Shown in pieces: positions 1 through 15,000 of a DNA stretch of 64,000 bases (the first letter of the stretch is position 1; every line of letters starts with the position of its first letter). Source of the DNA: Botryllus schlosseri. Taxonomy: Eukaryota. The notes under the pieces are model-generated. The model saw nothing but the letters and a program-made list of their open reading frames with translations. It was not told the origin of the DNA and made no database searches. The stretch spans positions 7,564,001 to 7,628,000 of the forward strand of contig CM119372.1 of the NCBI GenBank assembly GCA_051294905.1, in the 5' to 3' direction. Position numbers and translations under genes: made by a program.

Positions 1-3000
1 TTCCTGTGGAATGGCGAGTCCTTTTTACCACTACGGTGAGTGGACTGGCTTCATCCAAATCGTATATAACAATGAATGATGAGTGTCGGTTATGTTGCTT
101 TTATCAGATTTGGTAGTCTTTTATTGGGGCGGGAAATGTAACCGTTATAGTGCAATTATATCCAGCATTTATATATATTTCAATTATTATTATTATTTAA
201 ATTACCAGCTTCATTTCCTGGCTACTGCTAAAACTCATTTGGGTATCTTATGGTTATTTTGACTGTTGCTGATATTATCAGATTGTATTCACATCGCAGT
301 TTGTTTGTGGTATTCGTGGTGTTTGTCGACTACTGTGGTCATTTACACCAAGCCAATTTTCTTCATTTTTATTCCGTTGCTGCCGGCTTGTAGCACGGCC
401 CACTTCTAGGCCTTTATAGACAGTTAGACACCGCTTACACGTATGAGATGGCAAGGAGCAGCCTAGATAAACCTCTAACGCTTAGGTAGGAGTTCTGAAG
501 TCGACCTCGGTCGGACTCGAACCCGCAACCTTAAAATCAGCTTCACGAGCCAATAATTACACAATCTCTGTTGACTATATGTTCCTGTCCGTGACCTCGT
601 CGATGGGGGAGTAGTCGTACGCGACGACGTAACAATGTGCGCAAATAGTAATATTCCCCATGTTATGACATTTGAAATCGTACATCCGCATAATAAGCCG
701 TTTCGTTAACTATGATTACGCCTCACCAAATAATGACATGGTTCACTTTAACCGCGTTGAAAACTTTTCTTCAATTTGTCGACCGGACACGAAATCCAAG
801 TGATAACTCGCAATAGAAAAGCAGACAATAATATACCGGAAATCGAAGGAAGTGGAATTCTAAATTAAGAAGTCACCGCTGACATTCGTGTCACTGCAAT
901 TTGTTATTGATATGGGATAATGGCAGAAACAATGAAACGACCAAGCGATAATGTAGGAGCATGGCAATTTGCCTTCGTTCAATATCAGCACAATTTGAGA
1001 GATGTGACGCGCGATAGTGGCTGATTCTGCCAAATTGGATTGGCGCAGTGACGGAGTTATCGGGTCGTTTCGAAACCGTAGCATGCGCTGCGGAATTGGT
1101 CGTTATGTTGAAATCTGGCTACAGTTAGGAATATGTAATAAAATATAATTTTCCATATTCAATGCATTATTCAATATAATTTGGGTATAATATTGCTTTT
1201 GTTATACAACTAACTATTATAAATCCGTATATTCTTTGGCTTATATCACAGCGATATTTGTACAAATGATAAAGGGATGGTGTGAACCTCTGAAAGGTTC
1301 AGGTTCGTGTGAACGCGAACCTTTTTGAAAGGTTCTGTGTGAACACGAACGTGAACCTCGTGACGTCATGTGACGTCATATTGCTACTTCCAACCCTATC
1401 TTCCAATGAAGTGATAGCCTATATTAATGTACACGATACCTAGCGAAGACTCGGTCCACATAATGACACAATGCTGAATTACATATCGGCGTTTTAAACG
1501 TCGCTTAATGTATCAACAGCGGTAATCAAAGGATATAATAATTGCGTAAAATCAGTACATTCCGTCGCTTTGCCAACAATTTCGACGAGGACTTACCAAG
1601 GAATATAAGCTTACGCCTTAACGGTCTTAGCCAGACCGGACAATGTGTTCGGAGTCTGAGTATTGCTACATTGATATTGAGCAGAGTGTACAACGGGTTT
1701 CAATACTCGCTACGGATACCACAAACAACAACTAGTTATGCAGCAGTAGCAAGCACCTTAATCGCACGGATTTGGTTTTAATGATACAGTAAAGATATGA
1801 AGTCAAGATTGACCCCGTACGCCCGTTCGATTTTTTACATCAGAAGACGATATCAATGTCATTGATTCGTTGAATGAATAAGCATCATTCGCTGACTACG
1901 TATATCGCTCGTGATGTTGTGTGATTGCGGGTCAAGCTCACAGCAGATAGTCACTAAATATTCACAAACGGAAAGCTGGTTATTCCGAGAACATTTTTGC
2001 AACAAAGCAACTAAAACTTTTAAGGTTGTCAAGGTGCATGGTGCATGCTCGTTAAGCGTTGATTTTTTATGCTGCCAGCACCATGCATGGAGTGGCCCGC
2101 AGTTGAAATGCAATAAATTTGAGCCAAAGATCTTATAATGGATTGAAAAATTACATTGAATTGAAAATTACAATTTACCAAAAGGTTCACAGTGCAGAAC
2201 CTACCAAGGTTCTGTTGTGAACACGAACCTCTAAATTTCCGAGGTTCACACACAGAACGCGAACGTGAACCTCACGTTCACACCATCCCTACGATCAATC
2301 CTAATTTGAAAATTTGGGAATCCTTAAAGTTCGCAGTGTCTCTGAAAAACGTGCATAACTAAAACACTAAAACAAGTTGAAAAGCACTTTTGGAATTGTG
2401 CATTTTAGCGGCCTACATGACATTATATAAAGACATCTGTTTCACGGTTGTTCCACCATGATATCATAGCTTCACTTGCAATGATTAATTATAATAGCAG
2501 TCTTGAACTATAGAGAAAGGGGTTGTGTGTTTTCATTTGTATATCACTATGGGCGTAAGGGAGTTTTGTACGCATAACCAAAGCATAAATTCACATTTGA
2601 TTGCTCTGCCTCACCGCAATAGATATAAACTTGAGATCCATCGATTAAATCGTGTATAGATTCGGGGTTGGTTATTCCAATGTAGGCTGGTACCTTTTCT
2701 TCTACCAACTCTGAATAATTCTCAGCTAGTTCTGAATTTACCATGTATAGTTATTAATCGCTTGACAATTAGAATCGGGGTGTCAATATCTATGAATTGT
2801 ATAGGAATTGCCAACATTCTGCATGTTAATAAACATATCGACACACGCGAAAATGTTTTGCTATAGCGGTGGGCCATCATGGTCGATAGAAAACGCATTG
2901 CCAAATGCTGAAGGTGTAAAGGTGCATATTTCTCGTACATCATGTGAAATTGCTTGTTTTGAAAGTCAACTTCCTTCTTGTCACGGAAAGTATGCCCACG

Positions 3001-6000
3001 CCTCCGAGAATATCATTTCGAACTAAGTGCGAATGTTTACAAAACTCGGCAAATCTCGAAAATTTTCCCAAATCCCTCCTTCCACTTTACCCCCGTATGA
3101 CTTAATTTGTTGGTGCGCAAATACGCAGGGGATTCGATTTTGAAGTAACGGTGCACGACCTTCAAGACATGGCCGGCGGACTTTGCGAGGCGGAAAAGCG
3201 ACTGCGAAGAATCTTATTTGGACTCAACAGCATCGCAGTAGAAATCACACCCATGATCACTGTGTTATTTCGAGAAGTACGTGATATTCCCTTACGCTGC
3301 GTGTTTTGGTGTCAACATCTACTTGGTGTAAGGTGACAAGAAGTGCTTATAGAGATACGACATTTCGCACATTCTACTTGACAAAGACGACTTCTATATT
3401 AATTCATACTTGCGTGCCTTGTATAATTGCCATTCCTGTGGAACTGTAAATCGAAAGCGTATAAGCTCATTTTTCAGCGATAGCTTTAATATTTCATGCT
3501 GGTGACGTCATATTTTGTGATACGATTGTTGATATACAATGTTCTTTCCAATTCTCTAAGTTGCTGACGATTACCCCTGACGAGTGTCAGCCGAAAATAT
3601 TCGGGTTTATTTCAATATGATATGATTCAATTGTATTTCGGAAACGCATTATAGTTTTTGATGTAGCCGATGCAATCTCTAAATTCCATTGTGAGATTAC
3701 GGTTTCAACAAGCGCGGGCGCATTTGTGTGATGTCATGGTCAGTGTTATCATGTGTTACGTAATATGGGTATTCTGAAATCCAGCCTTCCAATTCGATGA
3801 AAGATGTAATAGGGTAGCTAGATGTCTTATTTATTAGTTTATATACTTTGTTGGCCATATTTAACGGCCACTTACAAATGAATATGACTTTTATTTGTTA
3901 TGTTGATTCGAACACCTTCTTGGAGGTACATAACTGAGTGTGTGAAAGCTACCAATGTCTTACTTTTATTAGATAGGGATAATCAATCATGCGACTGTAT
4001 CCAAAACAGTCCCAGGTTTACAAAGCAACGACGCAATTCGATCTTCCCTTTCAGATTCTTCATCCGTTCTACATATTTCAATTATTCGCCATCGCAGTGT
4101 GGTGCGCGGACGAATATTATTCTTTACCGGCGGTCATCGTAATCACGTCAACAATTACCATTAGCTTATCGCTGTACCTCACAAGAAAGGTAAAGCGATT
4201 AATCAGTGTTTTGACAATCATCCATCATAATCATAATCACATGATTGTAGCAAAACCGAATGATTGCTAACATGTCATCCGGCAGCGGGCCGGTGCGCGT
4301 GTTGGTGAATGGTAATTTCGAAAAGCGCCAAAGTACCAAGTTACTGCCTGGTGACGTGATTGAAATCGAAGCCAATCAGACAACGGTGTGGTGCGACTGC
4401 GTTGTTCTGTCTGGATGCTGTGTCGTAAGCGAGAGCATGCTAACAGGTAAATTGAATCGAAATAATACTGTCACACACGCATGAGTTTAGTGTTACTCTT
4501 GACCTCCAACTGAACCCAATCAGACTGGCCCTGGAAAACAGTGCGATTTTGGGAAGCCTGGTTTAGAACCACTGATTTAAGCCGATACTTATTCACCCTG
4601 TAACTTTATAGCGACGATACAGTACACGCTGATCGAAATCAGTCTGTCGGACATATGTAAACTTTGTCTTCGAATGATTAATGTTTCAGGGGAAAGCGTG
4701 CCGGTCGTAAAGGGCCCGTTGGAGTCCAGTAATCCCGTCAACGATTACTACGACCAAAACCGCCATAGACAACACACTCTGTACGGTGGTACGAAAGTTC
4801 TGGATGTATATTCCAACCAAGGCACGGATCCCCCGCGAGCCGTTGTGATCCGTACCGGTACGTACTAAGCTGACTCCGCCGACCATTTAAGATATCAAAT
4901 TTTGCTGTCCTACTCTGTGGCATGGGTTCAGTCAGTGTGATCAAAGACGCATGTGTCGTACACCGTCCAAATTGGTAAATTATACACAGCTCAACTTCTG
5001 CATGTTAATTCCGTCTCAGTTGTTTCGTAATGGCGTTTCATTACTGAGAACATTGTCCCCCGCTCGAAAACATTCAATTTTTCACTAAAGTTGCTGCTCG
5101 AAAACATTCAAGTTTCCACTATAGTTGCTTGCGATTACCAATGACGATTGTCAGCAGAAAGTATTCGGGCTTATTTCAATATCGATATCATATATTATTC
5201 AATTGTATATTGAAGTTCAGTATCTCCAAGATTCTTCATTCTATTTATGCTTAACTCATGCCAATGGTATAATTAGGGTTGCATTTAAAACAAACGGTGT
5301 TTTAAAACACTTTGTTTAAAACATGTTTTAAACAGTGTTTTTAAAAAAGACCTTTTTAAAAAAAACAAAATTGTGTTTTTTCTAAGTTGTAAAATTATGC
5401 CATAAAAGTGTAAATTCTTTCCAAAAAACATGTTGTATGAGCCTACGGACAACTACCACCAGATATAGCCGACGTATATCGATATGAGGTTGTCGGAACC
5501 CTCAAAATATAGTCGGTTCAACATTAATAGTACAGATATTTCGTCAAAGGAGCTAAATTTACCCTATATTTTCAATTGTCAATGTCAATCCACTATGACG
5601 TCACAATTGAATATTCGTAACGTCATGCCTTAAAAAAAAACACGTTTTAAATTAGGGCCTTGTTTTAAATGCAACCCAAATGCGCCTAATGCATCCGCTT
5701 CAGAGTTGGACAACCCGGAAATTGTCAGTTTTTTTTTCAATTAGATTCGATGTTTAATTATAACCACGCAGTTTATTCCAAATCAGGACTAGAATTATAA
5801 TTATACCTCCGCAGTTTTTCCAAGTTAGATTAGAAATAGAATCATAGGTAGACATTCTTTCCAAATTAGATTAGAATAAGAATTATTGGATTCGCGAAAA
5901 CTTGGAAAGTGTATCAACTCCAGTTGATATCAAATCAGATTCAATCTCATAACCTTGGCTCGTTTCGCACTATATGCACAGTTCTCGAGAAACATTTTCC

Positions 6001-9000
6001 ATAAATCCGGAAATTGAAATTAGAGCATAAAAACATGTCACAAATTAGATTAGAATTAAAATTAAGGCAAATAAACTTTTCACAAATTAGATTATAATTA
6101 GATTACTGACTGGCATTTCGCTCTAATTAGTCTAATGAAAGATAACTAGCATGCAGTTGTCCATGTCTGATCGAAACGCCATGTAAAGTGAGACACCAAA
6201 CAGAAACAACGGACCATCGCGGTCCCGAAATAAGGATGCTTCCCTCGCGGAATCTAAATCGTCATGATTCTATGGTGTTAAGATTTCGTGGTAACCAGTG
6301 GCTGAGATTTCAATATGTTGTTTGTCGGAATATTACGCAGTGCTCCTTGTGGGTGATAGTTTTCTCGGGCCGTTCGCACCAAAGCTAATGTGGGATTTGC
6401 TCTGCTGGATATACCTTGATCGAACGCCCTTAGTTGACTTAACGGAGCGTCAAAATGGCCTATTACCAATCGCCGCTATCGTTTAGCGGATCAACTGTTG
6501 GCAATGAAATGTTTTCAGTGCGATAGTTACCCAATTACGTCCGCAAAGTGCATCTCGTTCGGTGAAAAACGCGACCGAATCTTACGATCGCTGTAGGCGT
6601 ACGGTGGGGTTGGAAGGGCGCGTGTGCTGTGCATCAACAAATCTTCTATAGGTTGAATGAATGCGCCAAAAATAGTATAGTTGGCGATTTGCGTTCGCGT
6701 TTAAGATTTGAACGCACAACATGGGGGGGGGTCTTCGGAACATTCATCTTCTTCGAGGCAATAGGCCGGCGTGAGTGTGCCAAAACTTTAAATACGTTGG
6801 TTCTTCTTGTCGTTATTCAGTTCGTACCGCTTTGTATAAAGAATGTTGGTGTTCGGGTAGCATTATGTCCCGAAATTTGAGAAAGAGACATCTGAGCACG
6901 CGATTTTATAACCTCAGAACAAAGCCTAACCATGTAGCCTAGCGGTAGCCCTGAATCAACCTAACCCTGGCCCTACCTGACGTGCTCACATGTTTCGAAT
7001 GATCGTCTCTGCTGAAGAAAAAGCCCACGAGTTACGAATACCTGTACATATTTCTGCAAATCTTTAGCGACGGTCGATACAATATGATATGATGACATAG
7101 AAGGAACTCTGAATCGTTGTATTACTCTTGTACAATGTACAACATGTACTTGTCGTTATGCCATATGTGCAGTTGTGCACTGTACGTACAATGTACGTAC
7201 ATATAACTTGACTCCTTAGCAATAGGTCATTAAAGTGATTTGGCATGCTCATTGCTCATGCTCATTCATTGGTTATTGCTAGGGCTGGGCAAAATCGAGT
7301 ACCTGAGTGATTCGATTCTGAATCACGTAATATTCTTCGAGTCGAGTCGAGTAATCGAGTATCACTCATTATGACGTCATAACAGAATGTAATACGTCAA
7401 AGTTCAAACACGTACTGTTTAGGCCACCACAAAGAATATAATGTCTGTTATCCATCTCATAAATGATACTTTGGTATTTTTTCGACCATACCGATTTCAT
7501 TCCACTTGGTGACAATGCTGTGGGATAATCATGTCTTCGGAAATATGCTACGTCCAGTAACCTTTGTAGCTTTGTACTATATGTTTCGTATGCTATGATA
7601 CCGCCAATCAAGGTTTCCAAGGCTTCAACAGTGAAAATTAGTATCGAAACTATAATTGTCGTTGATAAATTAACTTTCAGTGGCGATAAGCGTACAATTT
7701 CAGTACTCGAAAAAATCGTCTTTTACTACTCGACTCGAATCGTTAAAATGAATACTCGATTCAGATTCGAGTACTCGAATCATTGTGCCCTGCCCTAGTT
7801 ATTGCTGTAAAATGAACTCTCACTGAAACGGCCGCGCTTCGTAACTAAGCTGAACTTAATTCCTCTATTGAACTTTAGCCCCGTTATTTTCTTCCTTGAA
7901 AGAACGCGAAGTGTAGAGCGCGCAGTGTACACTGTATATAATGCACATTGTACACAAATGTTTCGAATGCTACACGTTACGAGTGTAATTCCACTAATAA
8001 ACGATCGTAAAAGTCCGGTAGGGAGATCAACCTGATGCTATTTGTTAACACCACGGAACATTAAATATTTACACGCCACATTACATATTTTGCACACAGA
8101 CATATACGATATGAAAACGTTACTTTAAAATTTTATGGTATATTGTGTATCGAACCAAGTGCAGCTATTTGTACGTAATATGATACGTGACAATATGAGA
8201 TGTGTGTTTCAAAGCCGGTATTGGTCAATGGTACTCTGGTGCTTTCATTTTCAGGGTTTTACACGGAAAAGGGAAAAATGATAGAATCAATGCTATCTCC
8301 AAGTCCACTCGATTACACACACTACAATGACAGCTTGAAGTTCATTTTAGTTATGGCTATATTCGGTGAGTATAGTGGGTACATGTCTGGTTTTGTACTG
8401 ATGTTGATATTTATCCTGCTGTTGAAACGTATATACAGGTCTTTTTGGATGCGCATTAACGATCACATTCCTGTCGAGACTCGGGGTAAGAAGTCCCTTA
8501 GGAAGGTTTTTAGTGTTTTTATCCACCGTTTTATTTCGATAGGCCGATGCCGGGCTGATCGTAAAACGGGTTTTGGACCTGCTGACAATCGTGGTACCGC
8601 CCGGTTTACCGGCTGCCATGACGATCGCCACAATTTACGCACAGAGAAGGTGACTATGAAAGATATTCTTAACATAACAGCATCGCCGCTTCGCGCCACG
8701 ATAGCCTTCATCAGTATCGCCAGGCCGTGTTATTTTTGACATTTCAGGGACCAAATACCAAAATTGCCAAAAATGAAATTTTGAAAATGCCAAAAATAAG
8801 GCATTTTGGAAATATAGATTTTTATGAAAGCTTTTGATAAAAATGTCAACAAGAATTGGCAGGACTTTGTATGAAGCGATAAAAAAAACACGTGAATCAG
8901 AATTCTTAAATTAGGGTCCGTGAATCCTTCGGGTCCGCAGACTACTTATATCCAAGGGGTCCATGATAGGTGAATGAAAGGGCCAAGAAGTCCAGTGACT

Positions 9001-12000
9001 AAATCTGGATGCATGGCCAATATGTGTATTGATCAATCCAGCAATCAGGATGTAGGTGATTTCTTCACACAAAAGTAGTTATCAGCATATTTCGGAATCT
9101 GTGATAGAGGGCCCTGATTTTAAATTAAGCGCAATTACTAGGCATTTTCCTGTTGTCAATGCTCGTTGCTCATGCATTTAGTTCATCATAATAGCCGCCA
9201 TGCGCGACCCAGGCTGCATTTAGCTCAATTTGCATGTACCAAATTCCATCCCCCTTTAATTATGTTGATGATAAAGTCGCTCATCATTTCTAACTATTGG
9301 TTGGGTGATAAAGGCTGCAATCCAAACGTCAGAGACCCTTTATAATTGTTATCACAAGTATTGTGACCTGTGTGAATACCGGTAATTTTGCACGCATAGT
9401 GAATCGACTATTGAGAACAGATATAGCATAGCACTCGGTTTTATATCGGGTGAATTTGGTCTCCGACATCATTTTCAATTCGGATATGAATCTTGGTGTT
9501 TGATGGCACAATGTGGATACTGCATGTTTTGTGACTTCCGTTTCGTAAGAAAGAGCAGACTGAAGCGTTTTACATGGGTAATTCGAGTCTATGAATATGA
9601 ATTCAAGGCGATGCCAATATTGCCAAAAACAAAATCCGAAAAATGGCAAAAATAACACGGCCCGAGTATCGCCAATACGGGAGGCATTACGACGGCTTGT
9701 GGGCAGTTGCAAACCGTATGTAATATTCGTTAGTCTTGATATACCTACATCTTTCCGTATTTACTCGTTTATAACTCCGCTGGGTGGCGACTGAATCTAA
9801 GACGCCAAGACGGTGTCCGGTCAATACCGAGAATGCTATTACCGAGAATGCTATTACCGAGAAGGACATTACCGAGAATGGACAATACCGAGAATGGACA
9901 TTACCGAGAATGGACACCACCGAGAATGGACATTATCGAGAATGCAATACATGCAATGCAGGCATGTTATACATATGAACAGGTCGTGTGTGTGCATCAC
10001 GGCGTTGCCACATTCGGTATCGAATCTCAGGTATAATTTTCTCGACAACGTCCGTTGCATTAAGCTAGATTCTTGGCATTGGCCATTCTCGGTAATGTCC
10101 GTTCTCGGTAATGTCCATTCTCGGTAATAGCATTCTCGTTAATGTCCATCTCGGTAATAGCATTCTCGGTAATAGTATAGAACCATCTAAGACCTTTAGG
10201 TCCACCGTAGTCTCCTAATCTATACCAATTTGTATGTTGTGTTTGTTGGTGAGATGAATAAAACATACTGACTACCTGGCTGACCGACTGACCGTCTGAC
10301 CGTCCACTTTATACTTAACAAAGTATTCTCGTCATGGTTTTATCTCGTCATGGTTTTAATTTGGCGTCACCATTACGATGTCGTGTCACTATCGTTCAAA
10401 GCCGAACGTTAATAGCAGTCAAACTGCCAAAGCTTTTACCCGTGTCATATTCATGTTCCAGCAGAACGCATTGTCAGCGCAAGTATATCCATTGTCCAAA
10501 CTATGTTATCGCCTCAATCATATCGGTTTCGCATTCGCTTACGATACCTCAATTACAGGCTTCGAAAAGCTCAAATCTTTTGCATCTCGCCTCCGAGGAT
10601 AGCTATCAGCGGCAAGATCGACTGTATGTGTTTTGACAAGGTATGAATCGACTTCCGGTGGTGATGTGTTGTGTGTTTATGCGCGAACAGCAACTGTAAA
10701 CAATCTCGGGATGACCCACGCTGAAGGAAACGTTCCCCCGGCTTTTGCCGACTGCATCTTTGAACCCGGTATTGTTATAACCTCCCACTTTGAACTCGAT
10801 TGTATTTCACGCATGTACTGTACAAGTGTACAACCTTGCATCGTAATATACAGTACACGTAAGATTTATTGCTATGATATAATTCTGGATTAGGTTATGT
10901 TGTCGTGTACAATCCTTTCGCTAAAAGTGCGCTACACATCACTGTCCAGTGTTCATCCAACACCCAAAACAGCATGACATATATTGCGGGAATCCGAACT
11001 TCAATTGTTATGTATCAGATGCTATTGCGCCGTATCTATTCCGCATATTCCATTCCTTTTAGACAGGAACGCTCACGGAAAACGACCTGAAGCTTTGGGG
11101 CGTAGTACCTTGTTCGGACAAATCATCCGACGACCAATCCTCTGGTTTGTAAACATTTTTTACAATTCCAATTGATAATATCACCCGTACGTATATAAGT
11201 ATAAGCTAGACTTTTCTAGTCACGATGTTTTATTTTATGGACATAACTCTTGACCTTGAACTCTCGTATAAAAAGTAGATGGCTGAAACATTACATAATT
11301 GGAAAAGCCACATGTTGTTGTTATAGGCCAATTTGGTATTCATTGCGGTTTCGATATCAATGGTCATTTTACAGCAGGCCGAGATTCTTGTATATAAGAA
11401 TGTATGATTTCTAATCATGAGATTTTATGCGAGGCCTTTGTTGTTTTGGTATTCACGGTGTTTCCATTTTATACACCAGGCTGATATTCTTCTTTATGAT
11501 TCGTGATCCGTCGACTTGTAACACGGCCCACTTTCGTTCTAGGCTTTTGTAAGACACCGCTTACGCGGACCTAACGTCGATGCGGATCCTATAACTATAG
11601 ATAAGCCCCAACATTTAGGCAGCGATTCTGGATTCGACCGCGGTCGGACCCATACTGCTTGGATTCGCAGTAGAACACACCACGTCGCTGATCACCACCT
11701 AGCCTCAAGTATAAAACATCGATCGTCTCTCCTCAAACAACTATAAGCAGACTTAAACAACTAGGTAATTCTAGTTGTCTTATCATAATTACAGCTAAAT
11801 GTCAGTAATCTAATTCTAATCTAATTTGAGAAATGTTTCCATGCTCTGATTTTAATCCCAGTCTAATTATTGGTTTCCCTGAAAATGCTACAGGAGAACC
11901 ATATAGTGTGAAACCAGCCAAGCTTGATGTACGTACGGACATAGTTGGCTTGCCGTCATCTAACTAGGTAGTTCGTATAAGTCTGGCTACATCATCATCT

Positions 12001-15000
12001 ATTATAACAGATATATAGATAAAATTATACGTAACGCATTCCTCAACAGGTGTCCAGAAACCGGCCTTCGAGGAAACCGTACACGACAGCGCGCTCCTGC
12101 CGAGAAAGGGCGAGATCGGACAGGAGTGCTTCTACGCCCTTGCGTCGTGTCACTCGCTTGTCAGCATCGACGGGGAGATTTCGGGAGATCCGATCGATCT
12201 GGAGCTGTTCAAATCCACAAACTGGGTGCGTGAAGTCGCGAATTATTACGCGCGCCTTTGATTGACGCGTATTTTTTCCCGCGATAAGTCGGGGCGGTGA
12301 CATGAGAAATTGATATAGGACCAGAAGATGTTATGATCGGTTAATTAATTCAAAACTATAAATGGAATCCAGCATTTGCGCTAAACACATTACGATTGTT
12401 CACATCAATCATTATTATAATGGATTTTGCATGACTCGGAACCAAGTCATATGACTCGAGACTAGGACGGCCAAGACAGACATCTCATTGTAACATAGAA
12501 GAATAGTCAAGTCATCACATGATTGGTATTTAGTCTATCATTCCTGATACTTGGAAATAGGGTCAGAAACTGTTAGGACTGAGGAAAATCTCGATATTAT
12601 GAATGCGAGCCATTCTATATCACTCGAGCAGAGTTGAAAAAGTAGGTTGAACCGGATCGAACTCAAAGCTGAGCAGTGAACTCAATGACTTGGAGTCGGA
12701 CTCAAGTCACGACATTAAGACTCGGACTCGACCCTCTACTGTCTACTCACGGACTTGGACTCGGACTTGACACGGTGGTGAATTGAAAATGACTCGACTC
12801 GAGTCAAAACTTGAAAAGTGAGATTGACTCTGTTGCAACCCTGGGTATCCGTTCCAATGATGCTTCATTTGCAATATATTTCTAGGGCTATACAGCGTGC
12901 AGGCCCACTATATAATATATACTGAGCAGTGAGCGATAGATGTCCGATCAGCATAAGACGAATACAATAACCATCGAATTGTCTTACCCTCGATAGTCTG
13001 TGTTTTAAATCGTTTAGCGAAAGACCAGTATTCATAAGTCTATGCCTTGAAATGTACTTATGTACTACATTGGGAAGATGCTCTATACTTGGATTCTAGA
13101 AGTAATGCTGATTCACATAACAGCAAAAACCGACCAATGAGTTAGGCGTCTGGGTTGGACTTTACTTCAGGGTACCACGGGACATTGCGTGTAAACATTA
13201 TCCGCAATGTTGAGGAAAATTTTGAAAGGACGCACGCTGTCTCTCCTAGTTCAACGCCCCAACACCCGATGAAGAGAGCCACAGTATACGAACAAGACAA
13301 TGATCGCGTGGTATATTTGTAGGTTATAAGGTTGAGGCTATAAGCTAACAGCATCGTAAACACGGAGTTATCGTATGCCATCTATACTGCAATATAAATG
13401 TTCAAATATGTGCTATTGATGCAGTTGTAGTACAATCACAGTAGGAAAAAAGGTGTATATACTGTATATCTATGTCTATAATATTTGGTGGTGCATAATC
13501 CAAGGCTATATATATCTTTGGTACTTTTTTATTGTTATCAGAAATGGCTGGGTGTCACTAGTGGAGAATACTGTTAAAATTAACATGCAATTTATGGTCG
13601 ATAAAGCAGACTCGGTCGGCGGAAGCATAACATTTCTTGGTCTTTGCTATTTCGGTTCGCATTCGCACTGCAAATATCTTTTGAAATTGGCATATTAACA
13701 TACACAAATATTCGTAACGCGGTACAGCGTATCCCCCTCTCGGTGGAATTCGTAGTGATCAGTATAGCACGCTTACAGAGCCGTATCATCTCGCGACATT
13801 GAACCTAGTGATTCCCATACCAAAATTCCCTGTCCCTCTGTCGGATGCAGCTCCTTTTACGGATTTGGTTTTACCCGATTCCCGTGCAATGCTAGCTACA
13901 AGCGAGTTTGTTTCCTGTGTGTGTTTAAGTGCAGTTGGTACATATATATTTCTTAAATTGTCTTGAAGGCCCTCAGAAACGTGATCCCACCTTACTTGAG
14001 TATCTGACCTTCGATTTGAAGCGGCTTATACAGCACCGGACTATCACGATCAGCGTCAGGCCCAGAAGCAGCAGAATCCCGGGCCAGAGAATGCTGAAAT
14101 CAGAAGTGAAGATAGTCACTTGTGAACCTTATGTGAACCTAAATCGATCGTACATTGTTTTGATATATCATAAAAGCCAAGATAAAAGTTTGTCCATACT
14201 GTTCGGCGTAACAAGCCATGTCGTGTTCTCGACATGGGCAGTTGGCTGTTGCCGTGGTAATTGAGAGACGTATTCATAAAATGCCCAAGTAAATAAATAG
14301 CTGTAAAGCTGTTCCAATATATTCTTCGAAGTTTTATACAAGCGCCTTAAGCTAGATGCTATCTCTTGAATATCGGCTGAATATATCGCGGTTATATAGG
14401 TGAATGTGCTATAGTCATCGGTTTTATCGATATCGGCGGTCCAATATAGCGGTCGGGCTCGGAATGTCCCAAATTGTATTTTTACACCACGGAACACATC
14501 GCTAATATACTCTGATGTCATTATACGTTTATGGGTGGCATTCAATGTCCCAGGGTTGTAATGACTCGAGTCATGACTCGACTCGAGTCCGACTCGACTC
14601 ACGTTTTTCAGATGACTCGACTTGACTCGAGTCATTTTCTCAAAATACGGAAATGACTCGACTCGACTCGAGTCAATTTGTGTATTGACTCGACTTGGAC
14701 TCGAGTCATTGCGCATGACTCGAACCAAGTCATATGACTCGAGACTCAGAAGGCCAAGACCGACGTTTCATTGTAATTTCGAGGAATAGTAAAGTAATCA
14801 CACTATTGGGATTTCGTCTATTGGCACTGGTACTTGAAAATGCGTCCAGAAACTGCTAATAATGAGGAAAATTAGAATATTATAAATGCGAACCATTCGA
14901 TATCACCAAACAGAGTTATAAAAAGTGGATTTAACAAGTCTTAACTGTAAACTGGGCACTGTGGGCAGTCAACACAATGACTTGGACTCGACTCGAGTCA

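Noticed and set aside
6130-6900. GC-richer intronic block with several short ORFs (possible further nested gene)
   Set aside because: No consistent splice chain or recognisable motif on either strand. It may be old TE or regulatory DNA.
9784-10266. Several repetitive ORFs (ITENG/LPRM repeats), or a CRISPR-like array
   Set aside because: By-products of the 15-bp tandem unit. No spacers, no cas genes, and the context is eukaryotic.
10725-10790. VPPA-like peptide that could be the ATPase M4
   Set aside because: It lies after the DKT exon (wrong order) and needs a frameshift. The real M4 exon is 8543-8649.
13230-13310. Possible extra ATPase exon ([11 protein letters not shown])
   Set aside because: No donor in a compatible phase. 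Exons 12225 and 20911 already join in phase 0.
14168-14728. 186-aa minus-strand ORF
   Set aside because: It starts in the GACTCGAGTC repeats of a hAT MITE and reads through intron sequence; no domain.
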